From Macrostomum hystrix (taxonomy: Eukaryota; Animalia; Platyhelminthes): a stretch of DNA of 64,000 bases. This document shows positions 13,801 to 25,611 of this stretch, in pieces (positions within the stretch are counted from its first letter, which is position 1; each line of letters opens with the position of its first letter). Location of the stretch: the NCBI GenBank assembly GCA_950097015.1, contig CATNEN010000030.1:2976001-3040000 (forward strand), written 5' to 3'. The notes under the pieces were generated by a model. It was not told the DNA's origin. It searched no databases and saw only the letters and a list, made by a program, of their open reading frames with translations. Position numbers and translations under genes: made by a program.

Positions 13801-15471
13801 TCGAGGACATGATCCAGCGCCAGTCAGTCATCAAGCACATGCTTCAGCTGGTCGACCAGCGTATCAGTGGCTCCGGCGGCGGCAACAGCGCCGCTGCTAC
13901 GGCGGCTGCGGCTGCCGCTGTGGCTGCGGCCATTGCTGCGACCGCGCCAACAACCTCCGCCGGAGCCAGCAGCGTCGCCGAGGCGATGCTGGGCCGTCTT
14001 GTTGAAGCGGAGTTGCCAGACGACGATGCTGTCGCCGCTGCGGTAGCTGCAGCGGCCGCCTCGGCAGCAGCCGCAGCCGCCGCAGCAGCCAGAAGCGGCG
14101 GAGCGGCTGGGGCCGCTGGCGGAAATTTTAATTTTCGCGCTGGCGGGTCGGTACGGCAGAGGTGCAGCTCCACTAGGCATCGGCATCCTTCAAGGAACAG
14201 GTGAAAACGCTTGTCTATATCAATGATTGATTTCCATCAGTGAACGTGCAACTTGTTTACAAGTCAGCTTCTCAATCTTTCACAGACCACAGAGGAGGTT
14301 GTAGCCTAGTGGTTAGAGCGTCGGACTCACAACTGGAAGGTCGGGGGTTCGATTCCCGACTTACTGGAACAATTTATGTCCTTTAGCAAGTCTTTTAGCT
14401 TCAGTTCACCCAGCTGTTAAATGGGTATCAAATTAGGCGGGGGTAATTGAGGATGGGTGTGGCGTCCCCCAGTCCATGGACTGAACTGTTGTATGCAATA
14501 GCTGCGGCTGGGCTGCCGGCTGCACATCTGGCCGAATTAGGGCAGGTGTAATCAATTATTATTATACTTTTTACAGATCCCAGTCCTTCACTGACAACAA
14601 ACAGCGGCAACAACCGTCACGACGTTCCCCGCACGCGAGCGGCGGCAGCGGCGTGGCTGGTCGAGTGAGCATTTCAGCCTCGGACGAAGCGGCCGCAGCT
14701 TTGCTAATCCAGCCTGACACACCCGATGCCACGATGCCGGACCATGCCGCCCTGCTGCTGGACATTGGCGTCGTCGGAGGTAGCGGCGGTGGCGGCGGCA
14801 GCAGCGCGCAGATGCTGCGCCTCTTGTCGGCCACCAATGCCCCAGAGGAGTACACCAGCATCTGCGACGGCATCGAGGTGCCGCTGCCGGTCACTGAGCC
14901 GCCGAGTCCGCCTACGCCGGCTAGTCCTGGCCCAGCCCGTCAGTCGGATCGGGACAATGCCGAATTCGGGGGCGGCGACGGTGGCGGCGGCAGCGCCGGC
15001 CATCGTGGCAGCGCAGCTGAAGAAGTCGAGGCTAACAAAGTCCGAAGCAGCGGCTTTGGCATCGCATTCAGCGACGTTGGCGCCAGCGGCCAGACACTGG
15101 AGGCCATGCTGCGCAACGCCGAGGAGGTCGAACGTCAAGCTATGGGCCCGGCGTTAAAGCGCAGACTGCGCCAGCTCAGCTGTACGGCAGCCGCCGAGTC
15201 AAGCTCGGGCGCCACCCTGACCGATGGCATCAGAGCCGACGACGGCAGCGCGACCGCAGCCACGGCGCCTGGCGGTTTGGAATCGGCAACAGCGGCGTCT
15301 GAGTCCCTTATTAATATAGTCGAAGAGGTCATAGAGCACCTCGACGATGTTGCCAGCGCGGTCGAAGAGGAACCACGCCACGACGATGACGCCGAATCTG
15401 ACGGTGGACCGTTGATGATGCGACAGCTGTCTGTCTATGAGGATGCGGAGTCCAGCTCGAGAACGGATTGA
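1861..15471 (+). CDS. TRPM: TRPM-family cation channel (TRPM1/3/6/7-like), about 1875 aa, 9 exons
   Basis: Exons 1861-2411, 3088-3556, 3729-4430, 6099-6503, 8102-8906, 11537-11792, 12555-13462, 13564-14200, 14577-15471; all introns GT-AG, phases compatible, total 5628 nt. Motifs: MHR1/2 (WRLRLPKLVLTVHGG, FILVDDG, VVVCDGSGRAAD), MAWNRVDLA, WAVL, six TM helices, filter YGEVYAGEID, TRP helix plus PPP, coiled coil. An additional upstream exon cannot be excluded. Confidence 0.93.
2461..2956. repeat. 19-bp minisatellite (gaccgaatatctgggtaat), TRPM intron 1
   Basis: Direct tandem copies visible in the sequence. Confidence 0.95.
3625..3700. repeat. Short ~19-20-bp tandem repeat (atctccccagttagcgatt), TRPM intron 2
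   Basis: About 4 copies visible. Confidence 0.85.
4445..4945. repeat. 22-bp minisatellite (aggttaactttaggctaccttc), TRPM intron 3
   Basis: Direct tandem copies starting about 15 nt after the splice donor. Confidence 0.95.
5548..6022. repeat. 27-bp purine-rich minisatellite (gtagatagagtgggtagagagacagaa), TRPM intron 3
   Basis: Direct tandem copies; source of the spurious VDRVGRETE ORFs. Confidence 0.95.
6620..6880 (+). mobile_element. SINE family B (tRNA head plus CORE-like domain), TRPM intron 4
   Basis: cctagtggttagagcgtcggact...ggggttcgttcc head, then cagcaagacacttt...acccagctgttaaatg and the palindrome cagtccatggactg; shared with the copies at 14292 and 58935-59235. Confidence 0.8.
7375..8005. 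repeat. 22-bp minisatellite (cacattctggtcattgtgaatt), TRPM intron 4
   Basis: Direct tandem copies; junctions form the 12-bp palindrome tgtgaattcaca. Confidence 0.95.
9058..9940. repeat. 21/24-bp minisatellite (cactcggatgtagctatgacc), TRPM intron 5
   Basis: Direct tandem copies with blocks of variants. Confidence 0.95.
10505..11350. repeat. 30-bp minisatellite (gtgtcaccagagaggatattgactgctcaa), TRPM intron 5
   Basis: Direct tandem copies. Confidence 0.95.
11950..12505. repeat. 35/36-bp minisatellite with alternating variants, TRPM intron 6
   Basis: atgtactttattgtatctatggtacccattagagcg alternating with atgtacttttttgtatctatggtaccaattaggca. Confidence 0.93.
14292..14564 (+). mobile_element. SINE family B, full length, TRPM intron 8
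   Basis: tRNA-like head gtagcctagtggttagagcg...gggttcgattccc, CORE-like body, and tail gtgtaatcaattattattat directly before the acceptor at 14576. Confidence 0.82.
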
Positions 15472-16378
15472 TAATCCAGTCCACGGACTTTGTTGTGTAA
15501 GTAACGGATTGATTATCCAGTCCACAAACTGCGTTGCGTTACGGATTTCTTATCGAGTCCACTGACTGGGTAATGTAACAGATTGCTAGTCTTGTCCACA
15601 GACTGGGTTGTGTAACAGATTGCTAGTCCAGTCCACAGACTGGGTAATGTTACGGATTGCTAGTCTTGTCCACAGACTGGGTTGTGTAACAGATTGCTAG
15701 TCCAGTCCACTGACTGGGTAATGTAACGGATTGCTAGTCTTGTCCACAGACGGGTTGTGTAGCAGATTGCTAGTCCAGTCCACTGACTGGGTAATGTAAC
15801 GGATTGCTAGTCTTGTCCACAGACGGGTTGTGTAACAGATTGCTAATCCAGTCCACTGACTGGGTTATGTAACGGATTGCTAGTCTTGTCCACAGACTGG
15901 GTAATGTAACAGATTGCTAATCCAGTCCACTGACTGGGTTATGTAACGGATTGCTAGTCTTGTCCACAGACTGGGTTGTGTAACAGATTGCTAGTCCAGT
16001 CCACTGACTGGGTAATGTAACGGATTGCTAGTCTTGTCCACAGACTGGGTTGTGTAACAGATTGCTAGTCCAGTCCACTGACTGGGTAATGTAACGGATT
16101 GCTAGTCTTGTCCACAGACTGGGTTGTGTAACAGATTGCTAGTCCAGTCCACTGACTGGGTAATGTAACGGATTGCTAGTCTTGTCCACAGACGGGTTGT
16201 GTAACAGATTGCTAGTCTTGTCCACAGACTGGGTTGTGTAACAGATTGCTATGCCTGTCCACAGACTGGGTAATGTAACGGATTGCTATGCCTGTCCACA
16301 GACTGGGTAATGTAACGGATTGCTATGCCTGTCCACAGACTGGGTAATGTAACGGATTGCTAATCCAGTCCACAGACT
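15462..16378. repeat. 37-bp minisatellite (A/B dimer) starting at the TRPM stop codon
   Basis: Units ccagtccactgactgggtaatgtaacggattgctagt and cttgtccacagactgggttgtgtaacagattgctagt alternate. Confidence 0.93.
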
Positions 16379-17496
16379 AAATTTCGGCAAGTAAAACAAA
16401 TCTAAGTAGGAAATGCGTGCTAAACTGCCTTTCATATTCTCCATAGTATTTGAAATCGAAGCGAGGCATATCTTACTATTTTGTAATATTTTTGCAGATA
16501 ATTTAACCGAATTTGTGTTTTAGAATTACTCCTACTATCAAGCTTGTTGTGCTCTTATTTCCAATCGCGCATGTGTCTGTTTTCAATGGCTGCCACGGAA
16601 CTCCACTTAGATTTGACTTCTATATTGACACAATTCAGCTAGTGCATTGCTGCAGCCGATGTTTTTCTGTGTCTGCACATATTTTTCTCGTCACTAACAG
16701 CCCTTCCCCCCAGATGATCTGCTGTTTTTTTGCTGGTATTCGACGCAAGTTATGCAACGTGGAATTGAACTGTATTTGAATTATTGGCAAATTCTTAGAA
16801 TTAAGTAAAAAAACTATGCCAAATGACTATAATGATTTTCATTAAATCCTACTCTAGTATGTAATAAACAGCTTGTTTTTTATCAAATGGCACAATCGTA
16901 CACCTGTCTTGTGATCCCTTTAATTTTAATCTTGATCCTCAAGGTGCTAACCTGGCCATTTTTATTGTTTCATAAACTAGGTAGTTGTGTAGATTATTTT
17001 CGTTCTCGTTGTCGGTGTTAGCATGTTCAAAGTAGATTTAACTTATTTAATCTAAAAACTCACTTAATGGCATTTGTTGGCTAATTTAGCTGGCAATATC
17101 AAGCAGTTAATTTGACTCTATTCTGTCTGCGCTGTCATTTACCTATTTGTGTTTAATTATGAAAACATTTTTAACATTCTGATAGCTTGCCTACTATTAG
17201 TAGAGTGGCACAGTAGTACCTGATATTTATTTATTTACTTTAGATTGCTACCGATGCATTCGACTGTTTTGTTTGGCTTCTAATTAAGAAGAAAAATTCT
17301 GCGCTTCTAACTAAAAAAAGCTTTAATAGCTTATATACATTTTCTTAGCCCGAGCATTCAAACTATTAAATATATCCTGTATATTAAAAAAAAAGTGGTA
17401 AAAACTGACTTCATTATTCATAATTTTATGACTCCGTTAAATTAACCAGGGAATATAAGCCATTATTAGCTAGCCTGTAAGTTGCGAAACGCTTGA

Positions 17497-18715
17497 GATG
17501 AGACGGGGTGAGATTAGACAGGTGTTTGATGAGACGGGGTGAGATTAGACAGGTGTTTGATGAGACGGGTGAGATTAGACAGGTGTTTGATGAGACAGGT
17601 TGAGATTAGATAGGGTGAGATTAGACAGGTGTTTGATGAGACAGGGTAAGATTAGACAGGGTGAGATTAGATAGGGTGAGATTAGACATGTGTTTGATGA
17701 GACATGGGTGAGATTAGACATGTGTTTGATGAGACATGTGTTTGATGAGACATGGGTGAGATTAGACATGTGTTTGATGAGACATGGGTCAGAATAGACA
17801 TGTGTTTGATGAGGCAGGGTAAGATTAGACAGGTGTTTGATGAGACAGGGTGAGATTAGACAGGTGTTTGATGAGACAGGGTGAAATTATACAGGTGTTT
17901 GATGAGACGGGTAAGATTAGACAGGGTGAGATTAGATAGGGTGAGATTAGACAGGTGTTTGATGAGATAGGGTAAGATTAGACAGGGTGAGATTAGACAG
18001 GTTTTTGATGAGACGGGGTGAGATTAGACAGGTGTTTGATCAGACAGGTTGAGATTAGATAGGGTGAGATTAGACAGGTGTTTGATGAGACAGGGTAAGA
18101 TTAGACAGGGTGAGATTAGATAGGGTGAGATTAGACATGTGTTTGATGAGACATGGGTGAGATTAGACATGTGTTTGATGAGACATGGGTGAGATTAGAC
18201 ATGTGTTTGATGAGACATGGGTCAGAATAGACATGTGTTTGATGAGGCAGGGTAAGATTAGACAGGTGTTTGATGAGACAGGGTGAGATTAGACAGGTGT
18301 TTGATGAGACAGGGTGAAATTATACAGGTGTTTGATGAGACGGGTAAGATTTGACAGGGTGAGATTAGACAGGTGTTTGATGAGACAGGGTGAGATTAGA
18401 CAGGTGTTTGATGAGACAGGGTGAAATTATACAGGTGTTTGATGAGACGGGTAAGATTAGACAGGGTGAGATTAGACAGGTGTTTGATGAGGCAGGGTGA
18501 GATTAGACAGGGTGAAATTATACAGGTGTTTGATGAGACGGGTAAGATTAGACAGGGTGAGATTAGACAGGTGTTTGATGAGACAGGGTGAGATTAGACA
18601 GGTGTTTGATGAGACAGGGTGAAATTATACAGGTGTTTGATGAGACGGGTAAGATTAGACAGGGTGAGATTAGATAGGGTCAGATTTGACATGTGTTTGA
18701 TGAGACGGGTGAGAT
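17497..18715. repeat. 31-bp satellite with 15-bp subunit, upstream of ALDH3
   Basis: gtttgatgagacagggtgagattagacaggt tandem copies with larger duplicated blocks. Confidence 0.93.
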
Positions 18716-18924
18716 GGACAGGGGATAGTTAAGATCAGATTCAGATTTACAGTTTAAATTTGCCGCATTCTGGTCCGCGAGCTGAAGGTCGCCAACCCTG
18801 AGCATGTGCAATTACACTCGAACAAAAACTTTCATTCCAGCAGGTTCCTTAGCAACAAAGTCCCTCGCCATCGAGCATAGAAAGAGCACAATAAAAGCCT
18901 AACAAACAAAGACACTCCGGCCTA

Positions 18925-21676
18925 ATGTCCACGCCAGCCGCAGCGGGTAGTGCTGAGGCCGCCGCAATGTCAAACGGCGGCAGCTACAAGGACACGGTGC
19001 AGGCCCTGCGGTCGACCTTCATGAGCGGCCGGACCCGCCCGCTGTCTTGGCGCCGAGTCCAACTGGAAGCTCTGCACTCGATGCTCACCGAGCAGGAGGG
19101 CCGCATCATAGAGGCTCTGTGGCAGGACCTGCGCAAGTGTCGCCAGGAGGCAGCAGCCGCCGAGATTCTCATCCTGAAGGCTGACATTGCCAAGCTGCTC
19201 CACGAGCTGCCCCAGCTGACTGACACGCAGAAGGTCAAGAAGACCTTCATCAGCATGATGGACAGCCTGGGAGTGCAGAAGCAGCCCTATGGCGTGGCTC
19301 TGATCATTGGCGCGTGGAACTATCCGTTCCAGCTGACTCTGCTGCCGCTGGCCGGTGCGATCGCTGCTGGCAACTGCGCCGTAGTGAAGCCGTCCGAGAT
19401 TGCCGCCGCCTCGGCCAACCTTCTGGCCGAACTGGTGCCCAAGTACCTGGATCAGGCCTGCGTCCGGGTGGTCTGCGGCGCCGCCAAGGAGACACAGGAG
19501 CTGCTGGAGCAGCGGTTCGATTATATCTTCTACACTGGCAGCTCCCGGGTTGGCCGCCTGGTGATGTCGGCCGCCAGCAAGCACCTGACGCCCGTCACCT
19601 TGGAGCTGGGCGGCAAGTCGCCAGTGTACGTGTCCGACAATGTGGATCTAGGCCAGGTGAGAATTAACAGTTGGACAACCACAGGTGTATTTCAAATATT
19701 TTCTTCTGCTAAATCTCCCAAAACATTCAACTAATTGGCATGAAAATCCAGAACACTTGCCAACTTTTTGTTGCGCATCTTCTGAAAAAAAAATTAAGTG
19801 GCCAGCTCTTCAGACCGTCGAGATATTTAATGGTTCTGGCCGAAGGTTTTTTCCCATAAGCGCTAGTGTATTTCATACACCCCTATACACCAATTAGCAC
19901 TGCGCCTCAGCGTGGCCTTGCCAGGCCTTCAAAATTTAACAGCATGCCACCCGAATGTGCCTGCATCATCTCCGTCTTCGGCGGTCACCTACCTTTATCT
20001 AGACGGACTGCTAGGTATAACAGTTAGAAATAGGCCACTATGGACGCGAATTTCTCTAATATCACTGATCAAGCCTAAATATTAGGCCCAGCTCAATCAC
20101 AGGACACCATCGCCTAGTCTGTCAACCAATCAGTCACCACCCAACGCTGTTAGCATTCTGGCGCTGCCAAAAATTTTCTGTCGGGAAAACCCCCTTGATA
20201 TAAAAAACGGGCAGCAAAATGGTTTGGTAGTCCTACTGTTATTTGCCATATTGTCATACTAGTTGGTGGAGTATGTGTGTACTCACACAATTGTCTCACG
20301 CAATTCAGGTGTCCAAGCGGCTGGCCTGGGGCAAGTTTCTTAACGCCGGCCAGACCTGCATCGCTCCGGACTATGTGATGTGCCCGCCAGAACTCGCCCA
20401 GCCGCTAGCCGACGCTGTGGTCGCCCGCATTGTCGAGTTCTATGGCCAAGATCCGAAGGCCAGTCCAGACTTTGGCCGCATTGTGTCCGAGAGAATGTTC
20501 GACCGGATTGCAGGTCTCATGCAATCTAGCAAGGCTGACAGGTTTGTACGCGGAAAATCTTACATGAAATCAACTAAAGAATGAACCGGAGAGTACTGAT
20601 GCACTAATAACTAGCCTGAGATTGCTGTTGCACTATTAATGTACCGGAAAGTACAGATGCACTATTAATGTACCAGAAAGTGCAGCTGCACTATTAATGT
20701 ACCAGAAAGTACAGATGCACTATTAATGTAACAGAAAGTGCAGCTGTACTATTAATGTACCAGAAAGTACAGCTGCACTATTAATGTACCAGAAAGTACA
20801 ACTGCACTATTAATGTACCAGAAAGTGCAACTGTGATGTACTAATAATGTACTAATACTGTACAACTGTACAACTGTATACTATACAACTGCACTAATAC
20901 TGTACCAGGAAGTGCAACTGCACTAATATGCCGGATAGTGCAACTGCACCTGACCTCAAATTATTAAAATTATGTGCATGTACTAATAAGTTCACGCTGG
21001 CCGCGCAGGGTGATTGGTGGCGAGTCGGACCGGGCCGAGCGCTACATCGCGCCCACCGTCTACACCAACGTGCGCGCCGACGACGCCCTGATGCGCGAGG
21101 AGATCTTCGGCCCTGTACTGCCAATTATGCCAGTTAGCGGCGTCGAGGAGGCGGTGTACTTTATCAGCAAGTGCGAGAAGCCGCTAGCCGTGTACGTGTT
21201 CACACACGACGCCGACGTGAAGAGAAGCTTCGAGGAGCAGACAAGCTCTGGCGCTCTGGTCTTTAACGACGTTGTCATCCACGCCGGGGTGGACACGCTG
21301 CCTTTCGGCGGTGTCGGCCACTCGGGTATGGGCAAGTACCACGGAAGGTGAGCTTGGGCTCCTTGCGCTTTTGCTTGGGTATACGGCGGGAGTAACTAAA
21401 CCTCATTCTCAAATGCAATGAGCCTCGTCATATAATAAGTAATTAATTATTAACTTTTCAATACGTCACCTCCGCCTCCGCCGCCCCGCGTCGTACAGGT
21501 TTACATTCGACACGTTCACTCACGAGCGCGCAGTGCTGCACAAGAATTCTTCTGGCACATCTGAGATGGTCAATAATAGATTCCGTTATCCGCCGTACAA
21601 TGACGCCAAGCTGGCCTGGGTCAACTGGGCTCTGAGCAGTTCGGTGAAGAGAGCGTCCGCCTGCGCTATTCTGTGA
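18925..21676 (+). CDS. ALDH3: Class 3 aldehyde dehydrogenase (ALDH3B-like), about 493 aa, 4 exons, C-terminal CaaX
   Basis: Exons 18925-19656, 20309-20541, 21009-21347, 21499-21676 (1482 nt, phases 0/2/2). Motifs: IGAWNYP, VVKPSE, FYTGSSRVG, LELGGKSP, catalytic Cys in NAGQTC, EEIFGP, PFGGVGHSGMGKYHG, RYPPY; ends ...KRASACAIL-stop. Confidence 0.95.
19668..20238 (+). mobile_element. piggyBac-type MITE in ALDH3 intron 1
   Basis: 13-bp imperfect TIRs (cagttggacaacc / ggtagtcctactg) flanked by TTAA (19664-67) and TTAT; internal sequence homologous to 50988-51578 in reverse orientation. Confidence 0.65.
20598..20960. repeat. 29-bp minisatellite (atgcactattaatgtaccagaaagtacag), ALDH3 intron 2
   Basis: Direct tandem copies that degenerate distally. 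Confidence 0.9.
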
Positions 21677-22429
21677 ATGACTAGGCCTAGGGATTTAATG
21701 GACTCAAACATTAATGCCGCACTAAAATAGCTTTTTGGATTGATTGAGGCCAACATACTCTTTTTCAGGTGTGTGTGTCGTCATTGTTTACAATAAATTA
21801 TGCCAAAACTTTAAGCTCATTATTTTGTTATTGATTTTTCTCATCGAGCCCTTCAATCAATCATTTTTTCTGTTGATATCGGATACAAAAAGGTTGTCTG
21901 CTATTGCTAAATTAAACTGCTTGGAGTCGTCATTTTTCAGCCAATAACTTTAGAGCTTCGATGTACATATTTCTAATATAAATTCTCTTATGAAACAGTT
22001 GTTATAGTTTTCCGTTTTAACATTTTTTCCTAAAATATCCCGGTTTGTCAACAGTGTCATCCTATTTATTATTATTCGCATTGTCCCAGTCTCACAGGTT
22101 GCTTGTTATTTAATATCAGCCAATTTTAAATCTACATTATCAGGCTCATTATTGCCTCCTATGAATCTAAATACCTTATCGCTATTCATTTTTTGAATCA
22201 TCATTTTCTGTTCTATATTTTGGCACAAACTGTGCAACTGTTTATGAAGCCTTAGCCCAGGCACCAAAAACTGTTGAAAGTAGTTTTTTTCGTTTTTCTT
22301 GGTTAAAAAATACACTTAGCTATTGCTTCTGCAGTGACTGTGTTTTTTGTACTCTGTTCTTTCTATTGATATAAAAAATATTTATAATCCGACCCACTAT
22401 GTGTCCCTAAATTGAGTCTCCCTATGAGC

Positions 22430-22808
22430 TTCACTATAAGTCCCACTATGAGCTTCACTATAAGTCCCACTATGAGCTTCAATATGAGCCTCACTATGAG
22501 CTTCACTTTGAGCCCCACTATGAGCTTCACTATGAGCCTCACTATGAGCCTCACTATGAGGCCTTCACTATGAGCCTCACTATGAGCCCCACTGTGAGCT
22601 CCACTATGAGCTCCACTATGAGCTCCACTATGAGCCTCACTATGAGCCCCACTATGAGCTCCACTATGAGCCTCACTACGAGCCTCACTATGAGCCTCAC
22701 TATGAGCTTCACTATGAGCCTCACTATGAGCTTCACTATGAGGCCTTTACTATGAGCCTCACTATGAGCCTCACTATGAGCCTTACTATGAGCTTCACTA
22801 TGAGCCCC
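22430..22808. repeat. 12-bp minisatellite (cactatgagcct)
   Basis: Direct tandem copies between ALDH3 and AGGF1. Confidence 0.93.
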
Positions 22809-23044
22809 ACTCTGCGCTCCAGTCCAATAAGAAACCAACCATATTTGGATCTCTTTAGATATAGAGATCACTTGATTATCTCCAATTCAGAAGTTTGCAA
22901 ATCCTTATTTGATAATCATTTTATTATTTCAGCCAGACTTCTAAGAAGTTTGAAAGCAAAACATTAAGCAAAACAATGCAAACTCAAGAACCCAAATAGG
23001 CTCAAAGCAAGATAGTCTAAAGTTTCTAGCTAGGCAGTGTTGCC

Positions 23045-25380
23045 ATGTCAACGGAACAGCAGCCGCAGCCGGCAGCCGGTCTGTCCTCCAATGTCTGCAG
23101 CTGTGCCGAATTGGCGGCCAGTAATCGTCAGCTGCGACTCCGCTGCGCCCAACTAGAAGAAGAAATTGCCAGCCTTCGGGAACTGCTCGCATCCTCCGCC
23201 CACGCAGCCTCCGCCCACGCTGCCATCTCCTGCGCTCACCCTTCATCCGCCAACGCAAACTCGACCAATGAAAGCACAGACAAATCAACTACCGCCCACG
23301 CAAATTCCGTCAGAGTAAAAATCAACGGCGACGTCAACGCCAACAGTTTGTCTACCGCAGAGTCTGCTAACGGCGACGAAGATGGCGAACTGAGCGTCGA
23401 AGAAATTCTTCGATCGACCGCCCAGGAGATGGCCAATGAGGCAGCGGCTGCGGCGGCGGTGCCGACTTTGTCCATCGAAGAGGATTTGAAAGCGGCCGCA
23501 GAGGAGGCTCTAGGCAGTCAGGGCTATGTGTATGACGAACGGACTGGATTGTATTATGATACGAACAGTGGATACTACTATGACCCAGTGAGTAGTGAGG
23601 TTTGTGTAATTCTTCCTGTATAATATTCTTACCTAAAAAAAGTCTGTAATATTCTGCTTTTAATAATCGACTCCCCTAATCCTTAAGTAATCTAATCCTC
23701 TAATCCTTCTGTGATATCCTTCACAGAAGGATTTATCCTTCAGTAAACGAATCCCCTAATCCTTTAGTAATCCCTTAATTCTTCGGTAATCCACTCCCTA
23801 TTCCATCCACAGACGGAGCAGCTATTCTACAACAGTGCCACAGGTGTGTACTACACATACGACAGCGAAAACCAGAGCTACGTGTTCCACTCGCGCGTGG
23901 CCGCCTCTGAGCTGCGCCAGCGAGCTGAGCTACTGGCAGTGATGTCCGGCCTGCAGCACCGGCCACCACCTGCTGGATCGGACAGCAAGCGCTCTGCGAT
24001 TCGGGTGAGCATTTCAGTGAATTCTGCCCCCTGCTTTTGAACGTTTCCTATCCAATTTTTTTGCCAACTTTCACTTACCTATATAATCTCCATTCTCACC
24101 TATCTAATCTCAAATGTTTTCTGTCTCATCCGCCCACATTCTCATCTTTGGTTTTCCCGATTCGCCCGCATCAGGAGGAGCGCAAATCGGGCAAGAGAAG
24201 GAGCAGCAGAGAACACGACCGTGTCAAATCTAAGAAGGAGCGGCGAAGGCAGGAGGGCGAGGACAGGCAGGAACAGCTGTCTGATGGCGACTCTGACGCC
24301 AGCCGGGGCAGCAAGCGCAAAGCCGAAAGGAGACGAAAGGAGAAGAAAAGCAAGATGGATAAAAAGCTGAAGAAGAAGACCAAGGACAGGCCGCGCAGAA
24401 GCCGGCGCGAAAGCGACGCTCCCGCCGAAGCGGAGGAGGCTCCGGCCGCGGAGGATGCGGATCCCTACCCGCCCTGCATCCGCATGCTGGTGTTGCAGTC
24501 GCCCAGCCTGCCAGTCGGTTCGCTGCAGATTGTCACCCACGACAGCGGCGCCACCCTGGGCAGAGATCCGGCCGCTCTGCCCACCCTGCTGCTGGCAGGC
24601 GATCCCAGTGTGAGCAAGCTGCACTGCCGCATCGAGTACAGCCGGCCGGAGCGCCAATTTCAGGCCATCGACATGGCCAGCCACACCGGCACCCTGCTGG
24701 GCGGCCGGCCAATCAGCCAGCGCCGAGAGATCAGCCGGCCGGCCGCCCTGTGGCACGGCTGCCGCCTGCAGGTTGGCGGTACCGAGTTCCTATGCCACAT
24801 CCATCGCTACCCGGGCGAGGCCACCTGCTCTGGCTGCGAGCCCGGCCTGGCCCGACCGCCGGCCGACTCGAACTCGACTCCCGCCGACGCGGCCCCAGCC
24901 GCCGCTGCGCTGGATCGCCGCGCCCAGCTGCGCCAGTTGAAAGCCAAGCACGGCCTGCTAAGTTCGGGGACAGCTGCCAGCTCCGGAGCCGGCTACACGG
25001 ACAGGGCGGCGGCCAGACGGCGGGAAGTCGGCCTGGACGACGCCCGACGGCTGCCTGGCGACGCTGATCAGCCTCCGGCAATTTCAGCCGCGCATATCGA
25101 TGTGGCCCTGCACGAACGAGAGGCGTCCAATCCGGGCGTGCGCCTCCTGGCCCGCATGGGCTGGCGACCCGGCGACGGAGTCGGCGTCGGTGTGCGGGCC
25201 GAGCGCAGCCTCCGAGAGCCGCTTGGCGCAGCGCCCCGGCTGGCCGAGCGGGCCGGCCTCGGCTCCGAGTTCGACCGGCCTGCGGCGGCTGGCGCAGACG
25301 CCTCGCTGACGGATGCCGACCGACGACGCGCTCGCGTTGCCATGGTGACCCTCGAACGATATAATCGTATAACAGACTAA
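23045..25380 (+). CDS. AGGF1: Angiogenic factor with G-patch and FHA domains 1, about 646 aa, 3 exons
   Basis: Exons 23045-23587, 23813-24004, 24175-25380 (phase 0/0, 1941 nt). Domain order: N-terminal coiled coil, OCRE (GYVYDERTGLYYDTNSGYYYDP...YYTYD), FHA (PPCIR...TLGRD...VSKLHCRI), G-patch (NPGVRLLARMGWRPGDGVG); this architecture is diagnostic. Confidence 0.92.
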
Positions 25381-25611
25381 CGAGCAGTTCTTAAAACTGG
25401 TCGTTAATCTTGTTAATCGGCATTTAATCTGTTTTAAAATCACAATAATTTTCTACGTTATACTTGATAAAATATATGCATTCTGTAATTAAAGCAAATT
25501 TATTGTTTTTTTGTTTATTAATTGGCGTATAAGTTAAAAGCATGCATCATTTGCTAAGTGCGTTTCATGTTTTCATTTATTCGAGCCCACATAGCACCAC
25601 TTCAACCCGTA

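Noticed and set aside
14299-14365. tRNA gene
   Set aside because: A and B boxes are present, but there is no acceptor-stem pairing, the anticodon loop varies among copies, and the sequence continues into a shared SINE body. The other SINE heads were rejected for the same reasons.
21676-23045. ALDH3-AGGF1 operon with trans-splicing (same strand, 1.37 kb apart, acceptor-like tttcag at 22927-22932)
   Set aside because: An ordinary 5' UTR intron explains the acceptor equally well; nothing in the sequence discriminates without SL read data.
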